Below, piece after piece: positions 9,909 through 18,584 of a stretch of DNA of 36,216 nt. A program made the position numbers and the translations under genes. Numbering within the stretch: the first letter of the stretch is position 1; each line of letters opens with the position of its first letter. The notes beneath the pieces are model-generated. The model saw nothing but the letters and a program-made list of their open reading frames with translations, was not told where the DNA came from and searched no databases. The DNA is from Trichomonas gallinae. Lineage: Eukaryota. Location of the stretch: positions 1 to 36,216 of the forward strand of contig MRSU01010800.1 in assembly GCA_008369845.1 (NCBI GenBank), in the 5' to 3' direction.

Positions 9909-12900
9909 TTAAAGTGTTGGCTCAGGCATTTCATTATCCTCAAAGTATAAATCCATGAGTGAGCCGAATGTGTCTATTGTTGGTGGACTGATGATCAACA
10001 TTGATGTATCATTCTTCATGAGTGGAGAAAGGTCCATCTTGAAACACATTCCAGTGTTTCTCTTTCTTTCAATTTTGTTCTGTCCAGCTGTTTCCTCCTC
10101 GCTTGGATAGTATCCAATTCTAAGTTTCTCTCGTGAGAATTTGTAGCTGATATCTCTGAATGTCCTCCTCACGTATCTCTTACACATTTTTCCTTTCAAA
10201 GCAATATGCATAATTTTGTGGTATATAGGAGAAGTGAATCCAAACATTTCATATCCATCGAAAAGTGGTAATTGTAGCTTTGTCTTGATTTCTATATCAC
10301 ATCTGTATTTCTCCCAGCATTCATCCGGTGTTTCTCCTTCAAATGTTACTGTCCTGTTATTACTGGGAGCTTCAATGATGAACCATGGATCATCATCATG
10401 TATCTCGATTCTTTCTGTCACGAAAATGAAAGTTTCAGCTACATCAAGAGAAGGAGCAATTACAGTGACTTTATATCCATCTGGATACACAGCATATTCA
10501 TCGCAGCTTCCAGTAATTTCTCCAAGATTTTCAAGCATGATCATGTCAGAAAGTTTTAGTGGCAAAAGTTTATCGAGCTGCTGTCCGCTGTAGTCAAACG
10601 GCTGTCTTCCATCATGTGTTTCCATTCTCAACACACCCTTCAGTTTGTGCTTGAGTTTGACATTAGATGCATATCCACCTGTTTGGCACATGAAGACTGG
10701 ACTAACGTATGTGCAGTTGATTCCATGTCTATCGAAAGCTCTGAACAGTTCCAGATCTTCAGCGCAAATTCTTGACAGCAATTTCATGTTTTCTCGCATG
10801 TAATCGAAATCATCAAGTCTAGAGATAATCAGATTCATATGGTATTTCTGAATCTTTTCTGGAAGAGTTCTGTTGAGTGCGTTTCTTGTGTTTGGATTCT
10901 GTTCATGTGCAATGTCAATAATTGTATTGATCGTGTTTAAAACTGCCTGTGGATCAAGATCAGTATCATCAATATATTCAAGAAACTCTATATCAGAAGG
11001 ATAACCATAAAAAACTAACATATCACATATATATCTTTGTTCAGCTGTTGACAGTTTTATCAAAGATTCTCCTCTGATTTTGATATATAAAACTATCAAC
11101 AATCTGTGCAAATAACACTTCAAGCGATAATTTCCTGAATATTTTGGACTTAGTGGAAAGTTTTTGTAGCCTAATTCAAAGGCATCTTTTAATATTGCCA
11201 AGTCATCTTCATATTCCCATTTGGCATTTGGAGGAACTGCCTCGAATGCCTTCTTTTTGTGGTCTTCGAAATTAGTTTGTGATAAATGATCCAGAATTGA
11301 CGCCAACTCAAAATTGATCAAAAATTTTCTCGTTCCTATTCCTCTGGTTAAAGATCTGATTGTTTCTTGGAACACCGACAAATGCTCCTTTGTGTTATAA
11401 TCAAACTTTTCGAGTATTATGTGCGAATAATAGAAATAATTTTGAATTTTGTCGCTTTGATTCATTGCGTGAAAAATGTAATTGATTAAACTTTCAATTT
11501 CATTTTGCTCATGATCAATTTTGAGTTTTTCGAACCTATTATTTCCATAATTCATCAAGTGATTGATAACAGCAAATATTTCGCTATCACTCCATTCTGG
11601 AATTTCAAATTCTAATTCTGAGGCTTTTTGCGTTTTTCTTCTTGACGAATTTTTCTTTGGTGCAGTTTCATTGTTTTCTTCTTTCTTTTGTGCGAGTTCG
11701 TATTTAATTGGTTCTAAAACATTTTTCATGTTCTGCTGACTGAATATTTTCTCGAAGAAATCGTTGCTGAAGCTGAGATTCCTTTCTATTGACGGAAAAT
11801 CCGGCCTAGAAGATGATACAATAATCTTTCGAGTTTTTATCGCCTTCGTCGATCGTAATGCATGCACAGGTATATCCAGCATATTGTTGATGCAGTACCT
11901 GAGTATTGAGTTCAGTCTGGCGAATCTCGGGTGGTCTTCATCTAAGATCTGCTCGATTGTATAGTGAATGAACTGGTAAAGTTGGGAGTGGAAAGCAAAG
12001 TCAGCAGCATTTGATGTTAACAAACGGATTCTGTTGATCTTCTTCCACTTATTGTAATGTTTGTTGACGAGCATATTGATGTATGAGTCATAGTTTATCA
12101 GTGTAGTTGGCTCATACATGTCTGTTACGTCTTTAAACAAAGTTTCTTGCGCAACAATTGGAGTTGATTTGCTGATTGATTCTTTTACAATTGATTCCAG
12201 CATGTCCTTATTTTCGTCTCTAATAACTGCGCTAGTTATGCCGTACTGCTCCAGACCTACACTAATCATTTGGGCTGACTCTCCATCCTCTGCAATGATG
12301 ACGATTTTTTCGTCTTTCTTTGAGTTGATAATATTTGCCAAAACAAAAAGTTTTCCTGAGTGACGTGACTTCATTTTGCCGTAATTCGACGAAGAGTTCT
12401 GTGATTTGTTGATCATTATCGGATGATGACATGCTGTTAGCAAATCTGAGCATATATCATGGAAATCTGCAGCATCTGCATTACCACTCAAGAGAAGTGG
12501 CCTTGCTTTGTAGATGATTGTTTTATAAACAGTAAATTGATATTCATTCATAGGACAAAGAATGTTTTCCTCTTGAACAACATCAGGATAATTTCTCTCA
12601 ACGTTTTTTTGTTGTTTAATTTCCCCTATTAACGATTCCAGTGTATCTGATGATGCATTGATGAAGAATGGAGTCAAATTGCTGATTATATCTTTATTTC
12701 TTTCATAATTTCCTTTATCAGTTAATAATTTTATCGTGGACAGTAATGAGATCCTGATTGATGATTTTAGATTCGATGATGCAAGTATTACAGCGTAAAA
12801 CTCGTATGATTTTGTTCTTTTGAACATCCATTGAACTTTTGTTGTTTTGAGTATAACATCAGTATATACAACAGATGCCCATGGAAAACCTGTCGGAATT

Positions 12901-13655
12901 AAAGCAGCATCTGTAATAAATAAATCTTTCGATATCAGAAAAACGTTATATTTGTTCGGATCTTTGATATCTACTATGCATGATTTCAGTAATTCTTTGT
13001 CGAGATCTTCTTTTGATACAACGCAAATCTTGAGTTTTGAATTATTATTTAAAAACTTAATTATTTTAGGAACTTCATCTTTTGATGATACCATTAGTGT
13101 AGGTGGAAGTTTTTTGTATGTATTGTATAGTGAATTTACTGCAATAAGAACGCTATCGAGTTTCTTTTCATCATTTTCTTGATAATATAAGGAAGAAGAG
13201 CCGTAAACCCATTTACGAATGATTAATTTTGCTTCCTTTATTTCATCATCCTTTCCTTTTGGTGCAGTTATCTCTACATTTTTATCTTTTGGAGGATATT
13301 CAAAATCAAAAGTATATTTCGGTTTTTCGTTTACATTATTATTGTTTGGCTTATCTTCTTTCCTATGGAAGTTTCGAATTCGCTTTTTTAAGACTAGTAC
13401 TCGCTTTTCTGATCTTGATTTCGATGTTTTTTGTTCTTTTTTCGATTTTGTTCCATCACATTGATCATTTTCGTGTTCTTTTACTCCACTAGATGAGTCA
13501 TCTGATTCATTTTCGCTTGAACAAGAAGATTCATTCGAAGAATCAGAATCTGAGTCAGATGATGAGGAATCATTAGTATCAGACGTTTCTTCTTCATAAT
13601 TTTGTTCACTTTTCTCGTCTGACTTAGATTTTTCATTACTACTTGAGTCAGACAT
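9909..13655 (-). CDS. CHD/SNF2-like chromatin protein with degenerate ATPase lobes, SANT/SLIDE-like segments and C-terminal FYRN/FYRC (F/Y-rich) domains
   Basis: Acidic Ser-rich N-terminus. SNF2-like blocks: LLTACHHPIMI (~CNHPYL), SGKLFVL, INYDSYIN (~IYDSDWNP). SLIDE-like KWEYEDDLAILKDAFELGY. FYRN/FYRC at ~10570-10200: LPLKL..MLENLGEI...YPDGYK...WFII...FEGETPDECW...DGYEMFGFTSP. Confidence 0.8.
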   Translation of the reverse strand: MSDSSSNEKSKSDEKSEQNYEEETSDTNDSSSSDSDSDSSNESSCSSENESDDSSSGVKEHENDQCDGTKSKKEQKTSKSRSEKRVLVLKKRIRNFHRKEDKPNNNNVNEKPKYTFDFEYPPKDKNVEITAPKGKDDEIKEAKLIIRKWVYGSSSLYYQENDEKKLDSVLIAVNSLYNTYKKLPPTLMVSSKDEVPKIIKFLNNNSKLKICVVSKEDLDKELLKSCIVDIKDPNKYNVFLISKDLFITDAALIPTGFPWASVVYTDVILKTTKVQWMFKRTKSYEFYAVILASSNLKSSIRISLLSTIKLLTDKGNYERNKDIISNLTPFFINASSDTLESLIGEIKQQKNVERNYPDVVQEENILCPMNEYQFTVYKTIIYKARPLLLSGNADAADFHDICSDLLTACHHPIMINKSQNSSSNYGKMKSRHSGKLFVLANIINSKKDEKIVIIAEDGESAQMISVGLEQYGITSAVIRDENKDMLESIVKESISKSTPIVAQETLFKDVTDMYEPTTLINYDSYINMLVNKHYNKWKKINRIRLLTSNAADFAFHSQLYQFIHYTIEQILDEDHPRFARLNSILRYCINNMLDIPVHALRSTKAIKTRKIIVSSSRPDFPSIERNLSFSNDFFEKIFSQQNMKNVLEPIKYELAQKKEENNETAPKKNSSRRKTQKASELEFEIPEWSDSEIFAVINHLMNYGNNRFEKLKIDHEQNEIESLINYIFHAMNQSDKIQNYFYYSHIILEKFDYNTKEHLSVFQETIRSLTRGIGTRKFLINFELASILDHLSQTNFEDHKKKAFEAVPPNAKWEYEDDLAILKDAFELGYKNFPLSPKYSGNYRLKCYLHRLLIVLYIKIRGESLIKLSTAEQRYICDMLVFYGYPSDIEFLEYIDDTDLDPQAVLNTINTIIDIAHEQNPNTRNALNRTLPEKIQKYHMNLIISRLDDFDYMRENMKLLSRICAEDLELFRAFDRHGINCTYVSPVFMCQTGGYASNVKLKHKLKGVLRMETHDGRQPFDYSGQQLDKLLPLKLSDMIMLENLGEITGSCDEYAVYPDGYKVTVIAPSLDVAETFIFVTERIEIHDDDPWFIIEAPSNNRTVTFEGETPDECWEKYRCDIEIKTKLQLPLFDGYEMFGFTSPIYHKIMHIALKGKMCKRYVRRTFRDISYKFSREKLRIGYYPSEEETAGQNKIERKRNTGMCFKMDLSPLMKNDTSMLIISPPTIDTFGSLMDLYFEDNEMPEPTL

Positions 13656-14452
13656 GAAAAATTGATTTTTTTTGAAAAATTGACTGAACAGAAATTGTCA
13701 CTCGAAAGTGTTTCTTATTACATATAGATTATAAAAACATGAAACGAAAATATTCGTTATTGGAGGCTAAAACCGTGTTCATTCATATTCATATACATAG
13801 ATAAATTTAACTATGCATTTATAATAGAACATTACTGTGAAAATTTTTGAATTAGTGTGTTTGATTGTTGAAATGTTTACATGATACACGCAAAAAAAAA
13901 AAAAAAAAACTAAAAATATTTATTATACATACAATGAAGATTCCATAATTCAAAATTAACAAAAATTTTCATCTCACTCAAAGAAATAAAGGGTAATGAA
14001 GCTTCTATATCTTCTAGAAATTTGGTTTAAACCATATCAATAAATACAGTACCGTATGGATGATATATTTGCTTAGTGCTTTGATCCTGATGCAATATAG
14101 ATGCCTGTTATGAAAATCTGTGCTTTGTATAGAAAGATATCAATTCCATGTCAACAATATGTTCTAAAAATCAACTTATCAAACATTCTTCCTTTGATAT
14201 ATTTTTCATCAAATTTCATCTAGTTGTAGTAAGTGTTAATGGACAAAATTATGAGATATAAAAAGATTTGTAAGACTATTTATTCTAATGACCATTGTGA
14301 TTTAGCTTAAAAAAATTGATGATATCGAAATTGTCAAGAAAAAATCGAGATTGAGAGCCAAAATTTCGATATTTTTCATCAATAAACAAAATTGAATATA
14401 TAAATGAAAGTTTTTCATGTACAAAGATTTGTACGTTAAAATTTTTATTAAA

Positions 14453-15094
14453 ATGACTTCTTTCGCAAAAATCTTTCGAAACAGAAACACAATCGAGGAA
14501 AAATTCTTTGCTGCTGTAGAGCTTGCGCAGCAAAACGCTCAGAAGGAATTTGAATCATCAGAAAGAATCAAAAGGGCTTGGAAAAATTATAAGTTGCGAA
14601 AACAAGATAAAAAACTTCACAATAGCGCGATAATCATCCAGAAAACATGGAGAATGTACAAAGCTACACTGATAGTTCGTGTTTTGCGTGCAGAAAAATA
14701 TCGTCAAGAAAGAGTTGACTTTTTCAACAAACAAGCATCAAAAATCCAGAAGGTATGGAGAGGATATTACGAAAGGCAGCACGTATTTAATTTCGCCAAA
14801 CAGAAAGAATATCTTCAGCAAGTTAAAGAAACTAATGAAAAAATGGCGCATATGCTCGAAGGATACTATGCAGATACAAACGAAAAGATAAGCAGGCAGC
14901 AATTCGAGCGCGAAGCAAGAAAGCAAGAAAATATTGCATTAAAACAACACTATCTTGTTTCTACTTCTTCAATTCCTTCTGTATTTCAGCCTCCTGCGTT
15001 CAATAAAGATGCTACGGCTCTTTCTGCGGTTGAGAATTTCATTCGAACTGTTAATAAGGCAAAGATTTGCGTTCCATCTGTTGGCCCACGTTAA
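14453..15094 (+). CDS. SPATA17: IQ calmodulin-binding motif protein, SPATA17-like (flagellar/axonemal)
   Basis: Three IQ-type motifs (IKRAWKNY, IQKTWRMY, IQKVWRGY), then KEYLQQVKETNE and HYLVSTSSIPSVF, which resemble the SPATA17 C-terminal HYLLSTxxIPGxY motif. Start placed at ATG 14453; the upstream in-frame ATG at 14417 is also possible. Confidence 0.75.
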   Translation: MTSFAKIFRNRNTIEEKFFAAVELAQQNAQKEFESSERIKRAWKNYKLRKQDKKLHNSAIIIQKTWRMYKATLIVRVLRAEKYRQERVDFFNKQASKIQKVWRGYYERQHVFNFAKQKEYLQQVKETNEKMAHMLEGYYADTNEKISRQQFEREARKQENIALKQHYLVSTSSIPSVFQPPAFNKDATALSAVENFIRTVNKAKICVPSVGPR

Positions 15095-15213
15095 TTTTAT
15101 TAAACCTGTTCTGTATTTTCTTTCGTAATCAAACAATTTTTTATTATATCAAATATTTTAAGAATAATTCTATTTAACATAAAATATCTCTATAAAATTT
15201 TATAATGAAAGAG

Positions 15214-15858
15214 TTAGTAAACATCATTATCGGAGCCAGGAGCGTCTTCTTCCTCATCATCATCACTTGATGGTTCTTCGACGGCTTCATCGTATCTGTT
15301 TGATGCATCTGTACCTTTGTATTTGTGTGCAATCAAATCTGGGTCTGGAACTTTAGAATCCTCAGCGACTGTGTATAAAATTTGTCCAACTGCATAATCT
15401 CCGTTAATAATCAATTTCGGATTTTCGATTTGGCCGAACAATTCGACAACACGTGTTGTAGGAGTTCTATTTTCTAAAACAAGTAATGATCCAGGTTCGA
15501 TGACTCTTTCGATGGTATCTGCCATGCACAAGTTGCCAACTTTGTTCACAATCTTGCATGCAGGAATTAACTTCCATGAATCTGGAATAGTAGCCGGAAT
15601 TTCTCCTGGGTTGAATTCCTGGATTGGAATTTCGTGTGTAGATCTAATCGGTTTGTTGCTATCTGGGTCTACTTCCTTATACTGTTGTTGTAATACTTCT
15701 AAGTCTTCATCAGAGGAATCACTAACTTCCATCTCAACGATTTTGAAAGCATTTGCTGAAACTGGAACTTGTCTTCTTTGTACTTGTTCTTCTGTTTCTT
15801 TTTCTTCTTCTTCGTTGCCAATTATACTATTATAAGCGGCCCACAAATCATTATTCAT
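15214..15858 (-). CDS. NAF1: H/ACA ribonucleoprotein assembly factor NAF1 (Gar1/Naf1 family)
   Basis: Acidic N-terminus, RSTHEIP, a Gar1-like core (GSLLVLENR...VVELFGQIENP) and the Naf1-typical KGTDASNRYDE...SSDDDEEE motif. It lacks the RGG arms of Gar1. Confidence 0.85.
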   Translation of the reverse strand: MNNDLWAAYNSIIGNEEEEKETEEQVQRRQVPVSANAFKIVEMEVSDSSDEDLEVLQQQYKEVDPDSNKPIRSTHEIPIQEFNPGEIPATIPDSWKLIPACKIVNKVGNLCMADTIERVIEPGSLLVLENRTPTTRVVELFGQIENPKLIINGDYAVGQILYTVAEDSKVPDPDLIAHKYKGTDASNRYDEAVEEPSSDDDEEEDAPGSDNDVY

Positions 15859-15881
15859 ATTTGCGGAAAAAAGACAAATTT

Positions 15882-16200
15882 AAAAGTGACAATTACAAAA
15901 GTGACAATGTTTTGAAAAGTGCCAAAATCAAAAAAAATGTTTATACCAAAAGTGAAACAATTATTTGTAGCATGAATACTAAGTTTTATGGATTGATTTC
16001 ACTCAGATAGTACCAATAATTGATAAGTGTTAATTAGTAGTCCATTTTTTGGTACATTTATGTGACCTTTCGTTTCAGATTCGATTTTTGAAATCCAGTT
16101 TACAAAAGTGACAGATAATAAAAAGTGAAATATCAAAAAGTGACAGACAAAAAATGAAATATGACAGTTTACAAAAAGGTTAAAAGGTGACAAATCACTT
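15882..16200. promoter_or_regulatory. Bidirectional promoter with repeated AAAAGTGAC elements (Trichomonas M2-like on +; reads GTCACTTTT, Inr-like, on -) and Inr TCACTT at 16195
   Basis: Exact AAAAGTGAC at 15882, 15897, 16104 and 16136; variants at 15915, 15948, 16121 and 16182. Lies between divergent ATGs at 15858 (-) and 16209 (+). Confidence 0.65.
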
Positions 16201-16208
16201 TACATTTC

Positions 16209-17117
16209 ATGAAAGTAGAAGTAACTAAAAAAGAAGCGAATCCAATATTGACAACAGATGATTTCGAAAGTTTATTTAATCAGGGTTTTGCATTGATGCA
16301 ATTAGCCAAACCGGCTGAAGCAATGAGAAAATTCAAAAAATTATGCCAAGCTGTCGAATATCAGTATCAAAATGGACATATGTCGAATGAAGATCTGTAT
16401 TATGTTCCTTACGCACTCTCAAAAATGGCTGAAATTTACCATGAAAGACCAGATCTTCATAAAGCACTTTTGCACATGAAAACAGCGCGTCTTTTTATAG
16501 AATACCTTCACCCAGAGAAAAGAGTAGAAGATCCAGAGAATGATGAGCCAAATCCACCAAGAGATGTTCCAGCTTTGTTTGAACGTATGCACGTATGCTT
16601 TGATACGATGGATTCACCCACATTACCAGATAGCAACGAAGTTATCAGAAAATTTTTGGATTCTAAAAGAATTCATGATGAAAAAGTTGCTGAAAACAGC
16701 ATGAAAGAGATTCAAGAGGCTATAAATCGTAAAAATGAGCAAGAAAAACTATCTACGTTCGAAAAAGTCAAAAATTACTTTTATACAAATCCGCAAATTT
16801 TAATTTACATAGCAATCGGTCTATTTATCTATTTCATTTCATTTTTCTTAATCATGTACATGTTAAAATCTGTCAAGAAGAATATAGAAAACGTAAGAAT
16901 GCAAAACAAAGCACATCACGAAAAATTTGATCGCGAAAACAATGTTTACGAATCTAAAGAAGGATTTGAAGAAGAGGAACGACAGTTTCAAGAAATGTTG
17001 AAAACGTATCAACAACTTCCACATGGAAATACAAAAGAAATTCTTCAAAAACTACGACAACAGGTTAATAGCCTTAAGAAGATACAAGAGAAAAACGAAA
17101 AGGCGGGTGATTTGTGA
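16209..17117 (+). CDS. 302-aa single-pass membrane protein with TPR-like/consortin-N-like helical region and coiled coils
   Basis: Intact ORF. Helical motif VPYALSKMAEIYHERPDLHKALLHMKTARLFIEYL; hydrophobic TM ILIYIAIGLFIYFISFFLIMYML (~16797-16865); charged coiled C-terminus ending in GDL. Confidence 0.75.
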   Translation: MKVEVTKKEANPILTTDDFESLFNQGFALMQLAKPAEAMRKFKKLCQAVEYQYQNGHMSNEDLYYVPYALSKMAEIYHERPDLHKALLHMKTARLFIEYLHPEKRVEDPENDEPNPPRDVPALFERMHVCFDTMDSPTLPDSNEVIRKFLDSKRIHDEKVAENSMKEIQEAINRKNEQEKLSTFEKVKNYFYTNPQILIYIAIGLFIYFISFFLIMYMLKSVKKNIENVRMQNKAHHEKFDRENNVYESKEGFEEEERQFQEMLKTYQQLPHGNTKEILQKLRQQVNSLKKIQEKNEKAGDL

Positions 17118-17401
17118 TTTCAATTCAAAAAATATTTGAAGCATTATAATTATCATTTTTATTACCCTTAATCTATTTATTTGTTTTAAAATATTCTATT
17201 CTGTTTGAATTATTGCTTTTTACTAGTAGAATAATACGCACAATCTAGAAAATGATGATACTAAAGAAGAAGAATTTAATAATATAAATCAATTTAATTA
17301 GATTTATGTTATATCATCATAGACTGTCTATATCATCAAGTAACTAATAAATCATCAATCAAATCAATTCAAAATAAAAGCGAGTGATGATTTGCTATTA
17401 A

Positions 17402-17809
17402 GAGAACACTCATAGTGATTATATCAGTATATTCACATATATCAATGTTCAAAACTTGGATTTCTACTACAATTTAAGTAATTTTCATATATTTCAAATT
17501 TTCGCACTCGATGCTTACAGATCAATTAATTATTTCACACAGTCGACATTTGATTCAGAAAAAGCCGTTGTAAGCATTAATTAGATCGAAAATGATTCAG
17601 AATTGTATCCATCAACAGCCATGGTTTTATTTACTGAATTTAATGGATATTGGATGAACACAGAAGCAGATTCACAGCTCCCAAACAAAGAAAAAATTTC
17701 TAGAATAATCATTTCGAAATTTTAAAATTGTGTTTTATTATGTGTTAAGTCTTCAAAATGCATTGTTGGTCCATTTTGTCACAATAAAATGATGCTATTC
17801 ATGATTTAG
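17402..17809 (+). pseudogene. Possible degraded gene relic of unknown family
   Basis: One reading frame runs 136 codons with only two internal stops (TAG 17582, TAA 17723) in AT-rich DNA. The translation is protein-like (…FALDAYRSINYFTQSTFDSEKAVVSIN*IENDSELYPSTAMVLFTEFNGYWMNTEADSQLP…). No credible start codon. Confidence 0.35.
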
Positions 17810-17927
17810 ACAATAATATGTAAAATCGAATAATTTAGAGGAAAAAGTATGATTTAAAACTCATCTGTTTACTTTTTTTGGCGAATTTCGTCAAAATAGA
17901 ATCATTTATAATGTTAGAATTCATAAA

Positions 17928-18450
17928 TTAATAAGTTGCACCGTGATCTTTCAACATTTTTCATTTTCATCTTTTATAGCCAAACTCAAAGCTGTTCTGT
18001 TGACTCTGCCTTTTGTGTTGACATCTATTCCAGGAACTGTGAGAAGGAGTTTGACAACTTCATGACGACCATTACTTGAAGCTAAAATCAAAGGTGTGTT
18101 GTTGAAATTGTTTCTACAGTTAATGTCAATGCCAGATTCGATCAATAGATGAACCAAGTCTAACTTGTTATCTGCCGCTGCTTTAGTGAAGATGTTTTGA
18201 TATTTAATTTTACCTTTTTCTGTCACGTGATGGGAAATGACATTGCATCTTTGTCGTTTTCTGTTGCAATTCTTTCGTATGAATCTGTCTGAGACTGAAC
18301 TTGGTCGAGAATGTAGAGTGAATCGTCGACGATCAGAATAATGTGTTTCAAACACTCAGACAACTGGTCCTGGTCGAGAACTCTAATGAGCGTGTCGTTC
18401 TGTATCATGTGTGGGATGGACTGGGCACTGCCAACTGGGTCAAACTCCAT
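17928..18450 (-). pseudogene. Ankyrin-repeat protein pseudogene with two frameshifts
   Basis: The frame from ATG 18450 stops at 18223. A second frame carries ankyrin repeats (AAADNKLDLVHLLIESGIDINCRNNFNNTPLILASSNGRHEVVKLLLTVPGIDVN…TALSLA) and stops at 17951. A third frame supplies the typical terminal LKDHGATY* ending at 17928. Confidence 0.75.
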
Positions 18451-18584
18451 TAAACCGTTTTTGAAATAAATTCTCCAAAAAATATGAAATATTTTGATTC
18501 AGATAAAATTCAATGCAAAATAGATGCAATTGAGTTAACAAATATAATATTTTATCAAACAAATTTCGCAAACAAAAAATAAAA

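Noticed and set aside
13910..17809. Stop-codon reassignment as an explanation for interrupted frames
   Set aside because: Intact genes in the window terminate at TAA, TAG and TGA, and long ORFs contain no internal stops, so the standard code applies.
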